From IMG/VR virus record IMGVR_UViG_2802429369_000001: a stretch of 44,853 nt of DNA; one strand, given 5' to 3'. The number at the start of each line of letters is the position of its first letter. Within the stretch, counting starts at the first letter, position 1. The translations under genes were made by a program, and so were the position numbers. This DNA is from a virus. Below the pieces are notes generated by a model. That model did not search any database. It was not told where the DNA came from and saw only the letters and a program-made list of their open reading frames with translations. This document shows positions 8,139-16,482 of this stretch, in pieces.

Positions 8139-8161
8139 AAAAAAGCGCCCATTTGGGCGCT
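8139..8161 (-). terminator. Intrinsic terminator of the replication operon
   Basis: GCGCCC-aaat-GGGCGC followed by TTTTTT. Confidence 0.75.
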
Positions 8162-8182
8162 AATCTTGCATTTCCCACCACT

Positions 8183-10900
8183 TCACAAAAACGAATCCAG
8201 CGGCACACGTATAGCCCGCGTCTGTGATCCGGCGAACCGTTGCGGCGCTGGGCATACATCGGCACCCGGTAGCCGCGACAGTACCCGCCGCCAGCCAGCC
8301 GCCCACGGCGTATCACGAAGCATCCGTTTCAGCTCGTTGTGCGTGTTCGATATGACCAGCAGCCCGCCGTCTACAAACAGGCCATGCCGTGACAGCACCG
8401 CGTTGCAGTCATCGGCGTAGACGTCACCGCTAATTGCCTTCCTACCGCCCGCTGCCATGATGATCTCCGATACCGTGCGCTGGTAGCGGTGCCCGGCGGC
8501 GTCGAATGTGAGTTGTGTTTGCAGTATCGCGTTCAGGCACATGCCTTCGTCAGACACCTCCTCGGATTCTTTGGCTTCATCGAGGTTTATCTTCGATGTC
8601 CAGACACGCGCCTCCTCGATACTGATCTCTCTATCCATAGACAGGCTCACAGCCCCCGCCAGCAGCGTTCCGACCTGATCCCCTATACGTTGACTGCCTA
8701 GCGTCTCTGCAACGGCCTGCGCGAGCGTTTTGGCGTTTTTACGGATAACGGGAATCAGATGGTACGACCGCGCGCGAATCGCAGCGCAGCGCTCAGGCGT
8801 TAGCGTATTACCCACATGCAGCACGAACTCATTAAACCGGGCGATTTCGGCGGCAGTTTTGTCAGGCTGTTTTAGCGACACGACCGTAAACCGCGACTCG
8901 TCAGCGGCCTGACTCAGCGACACGTTCACACTCCCCAGCAGGAACATCGAGCGCATACGAAACGCCATGCCACCGCCACCGCTGGTGCCCTTCACGATTT
9001 CCGCGCTGCCATCGCTCGATGATTGTCGTGCTAGCTCGATAACCGATTTCATGCGTTTCTGCGCGCTGTGATCTTCGGATTCTGCCTCATCGAAAATCAC
9101 CGGGCGCGCATCCTGCTTGAGGTGCTGACGTATCCCGGCCTCAGTGGTGCCGCCCTGCACCATAAGCGCAGACTGCCCAAGCAGGGGCTGAATGATGTTT
9201 TCCTGCACCCACGATTTTCCCGCGCCACGCTGCGCCGTCAGCCATACGTGCGGACGCCACCCGAGCGCCCCGCATATCGGTGCTAGCACCGTCCATCCGG
9301 CCATCGCCCAGCCGTGAAACGGCGTTGACCAGTTGAGCTGCTGGAATAGCTTAAACACTTCGTTAGCCGCGTTATTATCGGCTGGCGGTGCGTCAATCGT
9401 GGACTCCATCGGCCCCTGACGTGTGTAAATAAACCGCGTGTCGTGATCCGCGATGCGCTTAGCCTCACCGTTGACAATCAACCGATCCCCAAGGTGCAGC
9501 ACACTGTTACCGCCGTCATACCACGCGCCGCGACCACGCACGTTACGCAGGCTGTACACGCCACGCGCCTCGCACGCACGCATACACGACGATGCCGCCG
9601 CCTGCCAGTCGGTGCCGGATTTATCCTTTGGGTACGCCATATCCCACCACTCGACGGGTGCCAGTGCCAGCATCTCGGCGGGCGACGTATGGCTGCCCCG
9701 GCGTATCTCGCAGACCTGCTCAGTGCCACGCGGCAAGTAGTAATACATCGCGCCATCAAATCCGAGCGCACGAAACGGCATGCTGGTTTTTTCTACGGCG
9801 GAGGCTGGCTCTGTATCGGGAAAATCGTCCGGCGCTGACGTATCGGCATCATCCGGGCTGCCAGCGGGCGGCAGGTCGTCGGGTGGCATATCAGGCGGTG
9901 GTGCCTCCAATGCAGCAGCCTGGGGTGATTTGACGCGCTCGCGCTTGATGCCGTATTCGTCCGCCAGCGCCTTGACCGCCTTGCCTGCATCGCCGCCGTG
10001 TTCAAATTGGCAAATCAGGTCAAATGCGTTAACCGGGCGACCTGTTTCCTCGCTGCACAGCGGGTCGCTCGCGTGGTGTATCCAGCACGACTGATCACCG
10101 TCGAACATAACAACACCGGGTAGCCCAGTGTTGCTATGCGGACTCAGAAAACGACGACGACCAACGGGCTTGTAGCCTAACCGCTGCAACGTGGCGCGCA
10201 AATCCTCACGACTCAGGCACTCGTCAATAACGCTGGCACCGTGGTGGTCGCGTGGTTCGCGTGGTGGTTTTGGTGGTGGTGTTTGTTCGCGCACCGCCCA
10301 TGGGCATGCGTCCTTAAATTGCGGCTTGAATTTGTCCCATGCTTCCCAGATAGCCAGCAGCCAGTCCGGTGGCGGTGGGAAGTCTTGTCCGGCGGCGGGT
10401 GGCTTGACTAGCCACTCGTAATTTTTCTGCGCCTGATCGTGCCAGCTTGGGGGTAGCACGTCCTGGCGTTGCTTGCCGTCACACGCAGCTCGTAGCTCGA
10501 ATACCGTAAACAGCGTGGCCGCGTCGCGCTTCGGCCAATTCAGCTTTGCATACGGCAACGCCATACCATCAGGCACGCGAAACATAACGCGACGGCCTTT
10601 AGCGCTGCCCTGAATCGTTGGGTAGTGATCCAGCGCGCTACGCGGTATACCGAACTCGTCCAGCACGGTGCCGAACGATTCAGAACAGTCAATATCCAGG
10701 CTGCACATGCGAGACGGCCCCAGCGCGAGGCCCATATTCCAGTCGGGATGCTCACGATAAAACACCTCGGCGGCATCCGGGTCGCTCAATACCTGGTTGC
10801 CCCAATCGTTCGCCGTGGGAAATTTGCGGCCCGGCTCTATTGGCACCAACTGGAAACCATAGCGCGACACGTACTCCCGCGCATATTCATTGATTGTCAT
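8183..10900 (-). CDS. Primase-helicase (prim-pol N-terminal domain plus P-loop SF3-type C-terminal domain)
   Basis: 905 aa. N-terminus YGFQLVPIEPGRKFP...CSLDIDC. Walker A QRGAGKSW and Walker B PVIFDEAE. A proline-rich linker separates the two halves. Confidence 0.8.
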   Translation of the reverse strand: MTINEYAREYVSRYGFQLVPIEPGRKFPTANDWGNQVLSDPDAAEVFYREHPDWNMGLALGPSRMCSLDIDCSESFGTVLDEFGIPRSALDHYPTIQGSAKGRRVMFRVPDGMALPYAKLNWPKRDAATLFTVFELRAACDGKQRQDVLPPSWHDQAQKNYEWLVKPPAAGQDFPPPPDWLLAIWEAWDKFKPQFKDACPWAVREQTPPPKPPREPRDHHGASVIDECLSREDLRATLQRLGYKPVGRRRFLSPHSNTGLPGVVMFDGDQSCWIHHASDPLCSEETGRPVNAFDLICQFEHGGDAGKAVKALADEYGIKRERVKSPQAAALEAPPPDMPPDDLPPAGSPDDADTSAPDDFPDTEPASAVEKTSMPFRALGFDGAMYYYLPRGTEQVCEIRRGSHTSPAEMLALAPVEWWDMAYPKDKSGTDWQAAASSCMRACEARGVYSLRNVRGRGAWYDGGNSVLHLGDRLIVNGEAKRIADHDTRFIYTRQGPMESTIDAPPADNNAANEVFKLFQQLNWSTPFHGWAMAGWTVLAPICGALGWRPHVWLTAQRGAGKSWVQENIIQPLLGQSALMVQGGTTEAGIRQHLKQDARPVIFDEAESEDHSAQKRMKSVIELARQSSSDGSAEIVKGTSGGGGMAFRMRSMFLLGSVNVSLSQAADESRFTVVSLKQPDKTAAEIARFNEFVLHVGNTLTPERCAAIRARSYHLIPVIRKNAKTLAQAVAETLGSQRIGDQVGTLLAGAVSLSMDREISIEEARVWTSKINLDEAKESEEVSDEGMCLNAILQTQLTFDAAGHRYQRTVSEIIMAAGGRKAISGDVYADDCNAVLSRHGLFVDGGLLVISNTHNELKRMLRDTPWAAGWRRVLSRLPGADVCPAPQRFAGSQTRAIRVPLDSFL

Positions 10901-11255
10901 GCAACCGCTCTCCTAGTTGTGTTAGCGCATCATCGGCACTGCGAGCCACGAATCCTATCCCGCCTGCACGGTTCACGGCAACGATGAAGTTTTGTTGTTC
11001 TTGTGTTACGCGGCCTGTTTTTGTTTTTACCTCTACTGCTAGAAACGCGCCGCCGGGGGCGATGCCAAGCACGTCTGAGCTGCCCTTGCACAATCCAAAA
11101 TGTACCGGACGGCATTGGCCTAGCGTTATCTGGTCGCGGGCCTTGTGAAGCTGCTTACCCTGCCATGCCTGCCCAGTGTTCTGCCGCCAAACTAGGCACC
11201 CGGCTTGCGAAAGCGCTAGCATGACTTCACGTTGTATTCTGGCTTCTGGTGTCAT
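10887..11255 (-). CDS. VRR-NUC family nuclease
   Basis: SSDVLGI...FLAVEVKTKTGRVTQEQ gives a D...EVK PD-(D/E)XK core. The start was trimmed to the ATG that overlaps the upstream stop (ATGA). Confidence 0.7.
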   Translation of the reverse strand: MTPEARIQREVMLALSQAGCLVWRQNTGQAWQGKQLHKARDQITLGQCRPVHFGLCKGSSDVLGIAPGGAFLAVEVKTKTGRVTQEQQNFIVAVNRAGGIGFVARSADDALTQLGERLHDNQ

Positions 11256-11524
11256 TTTTCCTCCTGTTTGATATTCGGCGCACGCCACCCGGCATCATCA
11301 CGAAACAGCGCCGCCAGTGCTTCTCGTGTGCCGTCGCAATCTGCAACCTTGACTTGGCAATGCTCAGGCTCTGAAAAACCCTCGACCATCGTTTTAAACG
11401 CATACGGCACGGGCACGGTGCAATAGGCCACTGGTTTTTTGGTGCCACCGTGACGGAGTAGCATGTATTTTCCGGGCACGGGGTCGGATGGTGTTATTTC
11501 CTGCTGGATTTTACCGTCCATCAA
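11252..11524 (-). CDS. Hypothetical protein (90 aa)
   Basis: Coupled ORF between the helicase and VRR-NUC genes. Confidence 0.55.
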   Translation of the reverse strand: MMDGKIQQEITPSDPVPGKYMLLRHGGTKKPVAYCTVPVPYAFKTMVEGFSEPEHCQVKVADCDGTREALAALFRDDAGWRAPNIKQEEK

Positions 11525-13017
11525 AACGCCTCCTCTTCACTACTACCACCCTGTTGAATCTCCAGCATCACACGCTTAGCCTCGGCAAAATCCTTCGCCG
11601 TGGGCTTGCGTCCTGCCCTGGCTGACAGCGTGATAGCTGCCCACTGCGAGGGCTTATTCATGCCGCGCCGCAATCCCAACTCTATCAGCTCCCGCAACGT
11701 GCGCGCCTGCCCCTGTTCCCGTTTGCGCTCCCGGCGAATTTGCGCCACGTCGATTTTTTCTAGTTCGCCGTCGACCACTTCAATTTCTGCGCGTGCTTTG
11801 CGTGGTAGTGGCTCGCCACACGATGGGCAACAATCCGGCCCCGCTTTGAATACGTGGTAACAATTCATGCACTGTTGAATTTGTAAATCTGGCTGTTCGT
11901 CTTCGTCTTTTTTGCGCTTGCCTTTTTTGCGGCCTTCTAGGCTCCATTCGCGGTCGTCGTCGGGTAGTCCGTGCTTCCATACACATCCAGCATGGTCAAG
12001 GATAACGGCGGGGCGGTTCTTTTTTCGTAGTGCCCTGAACACCATTTGCAGATAGCGCGCTAATGATTCAGTAGGCCTGAGCAGTATGCAACACTCTAGA
12101 GTAATGTCCCTGCCCACTTGCGCACTGAGGTCGAAACCTTCAATTACCAATTCGCAGTTACACAGGATTTTGTAGCGACCGTCTGCAAGCCCTTCGCATG
12201 CATCTTTTAGCTCGGCTGTGGTGGTGTCGGCGTCAACGTGTACGGCAGCTATGCCCGCCGCATTGAAAGCTGCCGCTGTATGCTTGCTGTGCGCAACATT
12301 CACGCAGTAGCAGACAGTTATCATGCCGTTGGCATATTTTCGCCAGTGACCGATGGCGTCACCAACGATGGTCTTGGTATCCATTACCGCTGCCAAGTCT
12401 TCACGGTTTAAATCGCCGCCTGACTTCCTGACGGTTGAAATGTCCGGCAGGTTGGGAGTGCTGTAAATTTCATATCTTGACAAACGGCCTTGATCTATCA
12501 GCCATCGCGTTGATTTTGCCTCAATCATTTTTTGGAAAATATCGAGTGGCTTACCATCTAGGCGCTGAGGGGTGCCAGTTAAACCTATGACTATTGAGCC
12601 TTGCTCAATTGCCCATGTGATAACCGTCTCAAACATCCGGCCCTTACCCAGGTGCGCCTCGTCAATAAACAATATCGTTGGTGCCTTCATGCTAGCGTAG
12701 CGCGAATGCACGGTGCCAATGGTGCCGACCTGAACAGGTAGCTCGCTTCTGCGCTTGCCGCTGGTAATTAAACCGTGCTCAATGCCAGCTTTCCAAAAGC
12801 TCTGGCTTGTTTGGCGCAGCAGGTTTTTTCGATGCACCAAAAACCAAACGCTACCGCCTGTTTTTTTCTTGGCCTCAGAGGTTATGTATCCCGCCACAAC
12901 AGTCTTGCCAAAGGCAGGTGACGCAACACCAAGTATTGACCTGAACCCCTCGCGCAAAGCATGACGAAGGTTATCAACAAACTCGTTTTGATCCTCAAAA
13001 AGGGTGAAGTTTTTCAT
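11521..13017 (-). CDS. DEAH-box (SF2) helicase with C-terminal zinc ribbon
   Basis: Motif I SPAFGKT and motif II LFIDEAHL. Cys4 segment CMNCYHVFKAGPDCCPSCGEP. Confidence 0.8.
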   Translation of the reverse strand: MKNFTLFEDQNEFVDNLRHALREGFRSILGVASPAFGKTVVAGYITSEAKKKTGGSVWFLVHRKNLLRQTSQSFWKAGIEHGLITSGKRRSELPVQVGTIGTVHSRYASMKAPTILFIDEAHLGKGRMFETVITWAIEQGSIVIGLTGTPQRLDGKPLDIFQKMIEAKSTRWLIDQGRLSRYEIYSTPNLPDISTVRKSGGDLNREDLAAVMDTKTIVGDAIGHWRKYANGMITVCYCVNVAHSKHTAAAFNAAGIAAVHVDADTTTAELKDACEGLADGRYKILCNCELVIEGFDLSAQVGRDITLECCILLRPTESLARYLQMVFRALRKKNRPAVILDHAGCVWKHGLPDDDREWSLEGRKKGKRKKDEDEQPDLQIQQCMNCYHVFKAGPDCCPSCGEPLPRKARAEIEVVDGELEKIDVAQIRRERKREQGQARTLRELIELGLRRGMNKPSQWAAITLSARAGRKPTAKDFAEAKRVMLEIQQGGSSEEEAF

Positions 13018-13019
13018 TC

Positions 13020-13199
13020 TTACCGCGCCTCCATTTCATCCAGCGCAGCACTCAGCTTTTCATACGTCACCACCTTCATGTTATGCACGCGCCCGGCGGC
13101 AATATCCGTCACATGGTCACGCGCCACATGGGCACGGCGGGCAATTTCAGATAGGTTTTTTCCCTGCATACGGGTAACTAACTGGTCGATTAGCTTCAT
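13020..13199 (-). CDS. Small HTH (Cro/XRE-like) regulator, 59 aa
   Basis: Not in the track. ATG 13199 is preceded by GGAGCG. Translation is MKLIDQLVTRMQGKNLSEIARRAHVARDHVTDIAAGRVHNMKVVTYEKLSAALDEMEAR. It ends 2 nt before the helicase ATG. Confidence 0.6.
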   Translation of the reverse strand: MKLIDQLVTRMQGKNLSEIARRAHVARDHVTDIAAGRVHNMKVVTYEKLSAALDEMEAR

Positions 13200-13221
13200 T
13201 TGTTGCGCTCCAATTTTGTGT

Positions 13222-13250
13222 TTGACATCGCAAAGTGTAGCCCCTATAGT
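13222..13250 (+). promoter_or_regulatory. Sigma70-type promoter of the plus-strand operon
   Basis: TTGACA (13222-13227), a 17-nt spacer, and TATAGT (13245-13250). It lies 44 nt before ATG 13294. Confidence 0.7.
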
Positions 13251-13263
13251 TTGTGGGCGTCAA
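13234..13263 (-). promoter_or_regulatory. Candidate divergent promoter for the HTH/replication operon, overlapping the plus-strand promoter
   Basis: On the minus strand: TTGACG (13258-13263), an 18-nt spacer, and TACACT (13234-13239). Confidence 0.4.
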
Positions 13264-13293
13264 CCGATAAAACACATGGCAAAGGAGAGCAGC

Positions 13294-13488
13294 ATGAAGC
13301 AACGCATACTAAGCCTGCTTGAAGAACTAGAAGATATTTCTAACATTCTTGAGCGCTGTATTGCGGACAAAGCAACGCATCAAGAATTATCAATGACACA
13401 GGATGAATCTAGTGGATTGCTTGACTATATCAATGACCAGATAAATGAAATCAACAACGCTATTGTAGATTTGGAGTGGGATAAATAA
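13294..13488 (+). CDS. Hypothetical protein (64 aa)
   Basis: AAGGAGAG lies 6 nt before ATG 13294. The longer track ORF 12961..13488 runs antisense through the helicase start and the HTH gene, so I rejected it. Confidence 0.6.
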   Translation: MKQRILSLLEELEDISNILERCIADKATHQELSMTQDESSGLLDYINDQINEINNAIVDLEWDK

Positions 13489-14342
13489 TGCACATCATCA
13501 ACTACTCAGACCTAACGCCAGAGCTAGCACGCCGGGGCGTCTTTGTGCGCAACATGCCGAACGCCGCCTACCACCAATATCCAGGCATCAGCAACAGCGG
13601 CCTGTCACTGGTCGCACGCAGCCCGGCACACTACGCCTACCGTAGCGGTTTTAAATCCACGCGAGCGATGGATATTGGCACCGCGTTTCACACGGCATTA
13701 CTTGAGCCGGAACGCTACGCATCTGAATACATGACCATTAAGGGCATAAATGACCGCCGCAAGTATGAATACCAGCAGGCCAAAAAAATCTATGGAGACC
13801 ATGCCACGCTGACTGACAACGAAGGCGCATCTGTTGACGTGATGGTAGAATCCGTGCGCAACAATCCAGACGCGAACGCCATCCTCAGCGAACCCGGCCA
13901 TGCAGAGCTATCGGCGTTTGCTGAAGACCCCGAAACTGGCGTATTGCTACGCTGCCGTTATGACTGGATCACCGACACGCAGCGCGTTATCGACGTTAAG
14001 AAAACGCAGGATTGCCGACAGCGCGCGTTCAGTCGCAGCGTGTTTGCATACCGTTATTACGTGCAAGAGGCTATGTATCGCCATATTTTTGAGCTAATCA
14101 TGGGTACGCAGCTAGATAGCTACCAGTTCCTAGCCATTGAGGAGCACCCGCCGTGCGCCAACGTTCTGTACACGCTTGATGACATGGCGAAGATGAAAGG
14201 CCACCAGGAATACCGCGAGGCGCTGCTAGCCTATGCCGAGGCAGAGCATAAAAACGAATGGCCCGCCTACGGCTTGCACAGCGACATTTGCAGCCTGCCG
14301 GACTGGGTGATGATGGATATGCTAGACGAAGAGCTAACCTAA
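13488..14342 (+). CDS. PD-(D/E)XK exonuclease (RecE/exonuclease VIII-like)
   Basis: Contains GTAFHTALLEP, RCRYDW and VIDVKKTQD (a D..(D/E)xK core), plus YYVQEAMY. It precedes SSB. Confidence 0.7.
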   Translation: MHIINYSDLTPELARRGVFVRNMPNAAYHQYPGISNSGLSLVARSPAHYAYRSGFKSTRAMDIGTAFHTALLEPERYASEYMTIKGINDRRKYEYQQAKKIYGDHATLTDNEGASVDVMVESVRNNPDANAILSEPGHAELSAFAEDPETGVLLRCRYDWITDTQRVIDVKKTQDCRQRAFSRSVFAYRYYVQEAMYRHIFELIMGTQLDSYQFLAIEEHPPCANVLYTLDDMAKMKGHQEYREALLAYAEAEHKNEWPAYGLHSDICSLPDWVMMDMLDEELT

Positions 14343-14355
14343 CAGGAGAACGACC

Positions 14356-15006
14356 ATGGCCGATATTAGCCAAGCAATGCAAGCGAAGAGCGATCAGCTC
14401 AACAGCCTGGATATCATCGGTTCGCCGTTGATTATCAAAATCAGAGGCGTTGATTACAAACAAGGCCGCGAACAGCCAGTATGGGTGTATTTTGATGGCG
14501 ACAATCAGCGGCCATGGAAGCCCAGCAAAGGTATGATCCGCATCTTGTGCGGCGCGTGGGGCACCGAAACAGACGCATGGATTGGGCGCTATGCGCGCCT
14601 TGAGTACGAGCCAAGTGTCATGTACGCAGGTAAAGAGGTGGGCGGCATTTGGGTTAAGGCCATGAGCGACATTCCGGCGAAGGGCATGATGTTCTCGCTC
14701 GCGATCAATCGCAGCAAGCGCATTCCGTTTCCGGTCGAACACCTGAGCGTAGAGCCCACGATGTACCCACAGGAAAAATTCGACGCCGTTAAACAAGCCA
14801 TGATCGACGCTATGCAGTCCGGAAAGATGACGCTGCCGCAGGTTATTGCGCAATGCCAGAAGACCGGTCAGCTCACGCCTGAGCAGATCAAGGTACTTGA
14901 GCAAAACGCGCCCATCGAGGATGAAGGGCATCCCGATGAGCCGCAACTAAACCAGCAGCCCGCAGCGGGCACTGATAACCAACCCACTAAGCATGAAGGA
15001 ATTTGA
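14356..15006 (+). CDS. Hypothetical protein (216 aa) in the position usually held by a single-strand annealing protein
   Basis: AGGAGA lies upstream and I recognise no motif. It sits between the exonuclease and SSB genes. Confidence 0.6.
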   Translation: MADISQAMQAKSDQLNSLDIIGSPLIIKIRGVDYKQGREQPVWVYFDGDNQRPWKPSKGMIRILCGAWGTETDAWIGRYARLEYEPSVMYAGKEVGGIWVKAMSDIPAKGMMFSLAINRSKRIPFPVEHLSVEPTMYPQEKFDAVKQAMIDAMQSGKMTLPQVIAQCQKTGQLTPEQIKVLEQNAPIEDEGHPDEPQLNQQPAAGTDNQPTKHEGI

Positions 15007-15008
15007 GC

Positions 15009-15407
15009 ATGAATGTACTAAGCGCCACAGGCAACCTGGGCAGCGATTGCCGTATCAACCAAGTATCTGGCACCACTGTATGCAATTTTAGCGTTGCTAT
15101 GAAGTCAGGCTATGGCGACCGCGCTCAAACGCTATGGCTCGACTGTGCGCTATGGGGCAAACAGGCAGAGTCCCGGCTGCCTGAGTTTCTGAAAAAAGGC
15201 CAACAAGTAGCGGTATCCGGCGAACTATCCACACGCGAGCATGAAGGAAAAACGTACTTACAGTTGCGTTGCAATAGCGTTGATCTGGTGGGTGGTAAGC
15301 AGGAAGGCGGAAGCGGTGGAAATGCGCAACCAGCGGCGCAGAGTCAGCCGCAGCAGGCAGCGCCGCAGTCTTCGGCTAGCGATATGGATGACTCGATTCC
15401 GTTTTGA
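15009..15407 (+). CDS. ssb: Single-stranded DNA-binding protein
   Basis: OB-fold-like N-terminus, a Gly/Gln/Pro-rich linker, and the acidic tip DMDDSIPF. ATG 15009 is preferred over the TTG used by the track. Confidence 0.85.
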   Translation: MNVLSATGNLGSDCRINQVSGTTVCNFSVAMKSGYGDRAQTLWLDCALWGKQAESRLPEFLKKGQQVAVSGELSTREHEGKTYLQLRCNSVDLVGGKQEGGSGGNAQPAAQSQPQQAAPQSSASDMDDSIPF

Positions 15408-15440
15408 TGCTAACTATCAAAATCCAATAACCCATAAACA

Positions 15441-15480
15441 AAATCAATTAGCCACCCCGCGCTAGAGGTGGCAGTATTTG
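15441..15480 (+). repeat. Family-2-like element on the plus strand, between ssb and the methyltransferase gene
   Basis: AAATCAATTAG-CCACC-ccgcgctaga-GGTGG-CAGTATTTG. TGCTAACTA lies at 15408-15416. Confidence 0.4.
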
Positions 15481-15510
15481 AGACGCAACACGACACCACT
15501 GGATAAGCAC

Positions 15511-16482
15511 ATGAAAGTAATAGACCAAAAAATCACAGAGCAGTACGCTCTGTACCACGCTGATACTGTAGAAGTGGCGCAGCACTTACCATCTGATAGC
15601 GTTGGATTTTCCTGTTTTAGTCCTCCTTTTGAGACGTTGTTCACATATTCCAACTCCGACCGCGACATGGGCAACGCCAAAAACAGCAGCGAGTTTTGGC
15701 AGCAATATCAATATCTGATTGCCGAGCAGTTCCGCGTTATGATGCCGGGGCGTTTGGTAGCTATTCATTGCATGAACCTGCCCACCAGCAAAGTGAACGA
15801 CGGCTACATTGGCATCCGCGACTTCCGTGGCGAGATCATCCGCGCTTATCAAGATGCCGGGTTTATCTATCATTCCGAAGTCGTCATTTGGAAAGACCCT
15901 GTAACGGCAATGCAGCGCACCAAAGCTATGGGACTGCTTCACAAGACCATTAAGAAAGATAGCAGCATGAGCCGCCAAGGTATCCCTGACACCATGGTCA
16001 TCATGCGCAAGCCCGGACAAAACGAAGTGCCGATTGAAGGCGCGTTGACGCACTACACTGGCGATGCGCCGCCCGCTGGATTCAAGCAAATTGAATATGA
16101 CGATAACCGCTGCGCTTACGTGCCACACGCAGACCACAACACGCCTATTGACATTTGGCAGCGATATGCCAGCCCGGTATGGATGGATATTGACCAAGGC
16201 GATACGCTCAATTTCCGCGAAGGTCGCGCCAGCGACGATGAACGCCACATTTGCCCGTTGCAGTTGGGTGTTATTGAGCGCTGCCTGCAACTATGGTCAA
16301 TGCCCGGCGATACCGTATGGAGTCCGTTTGCGGGTATTGGCAGCGAAGGCTATGTATCCATCCGCATGGGTCGCAAGTTTATAGGTGCCGAACTGAAAGA
16401 GTCCTACTACAAGCTAGCGCTGCGCAATCTTGAGCAAGCAGGCAAGGGTCAAGACGACCTATTTGGCGGGGGTGCGGTATGA
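15511..16482 (+). CDS. DNA methyltransferase, beta-class amino-MTase (N6-adenine or N4-cytosine)
   Basis: Motif IV SPPF (FSCFSPPF) precedes motif I FAGIGSEG. No cognate nuclease is present. Start trimmed from TTG 15478 to ATG 15511. Confidence 0.8.
   Translation: MKVIDQKITEQYALYHADTVEVAQHLPSDSVGFSCFSPPFETLFTYSNSDRDMGNAKNSSEFWQQYQYLIAEQFRVMMPGRLVAIHCMNLPTSKVNDGYIGIRDFRGEIIRAYQDAGFIYHSEVVIWKDPVTAMQRTKAMGLLHKTIKKDSSMSRQGIPDTMVIMRKPGQNEVPIEGALTHYTGDAPPAGFKQIEYDDNRCAYVPHADHNTPIDIWQRYASPVWMDIDQGDTLNFREGRASDDERHICPLQLGVIERCLQLWSMPGDTVWSPFAGIGSEGYVSIRMGRKFIGAELKESYYKLALRNLEQAGKGQDDLFGGGAV

Larger units (their letters stand above)
7707..8182 (-). promoter_or_regulatory. Gene-free module A (476 bp): terminator, CGTTAC/GTAACG arrays, AT-rich core, phased triple CGTTAC, -10-like element
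   Basis: No credible ORF. Contains 8 GTNAC pentamers. Two blocks are conserved with 41454-41930. Confidence 0.7.

Noticed and set aside
8131-8420. Small ORFs 8131..8316 (-) and 8166..8420 (+) at the edge of module A.
   Set aside because: They overlap the primase 3' end and its terminator, have no SD, and have Arg-rich composition.
12961-13488. 175-aa plus-strand track ORF spanning the divergent junction.
   Set aside because: Its first two thirds run antisense through the helicase start, the HTH gene and the promoter region. Only the last 64 codons, from ATG 13294 with a strong SD, look real.
14098-14946. 282-aa minus-strand ORF, and similar long antisense ORFs (15586..16290, 19757..20269, 24444..25274, 241..717, 40884..41300).
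   Set aside because: Each lies fully antisense to, or out of frame within, a gene that has recognisable motifs or operon coupling. Their translations are Arg/Ala/Ser-rich with low complexity, and none has an SD. They are shadow ORFs of a moderately GC-rich genome.
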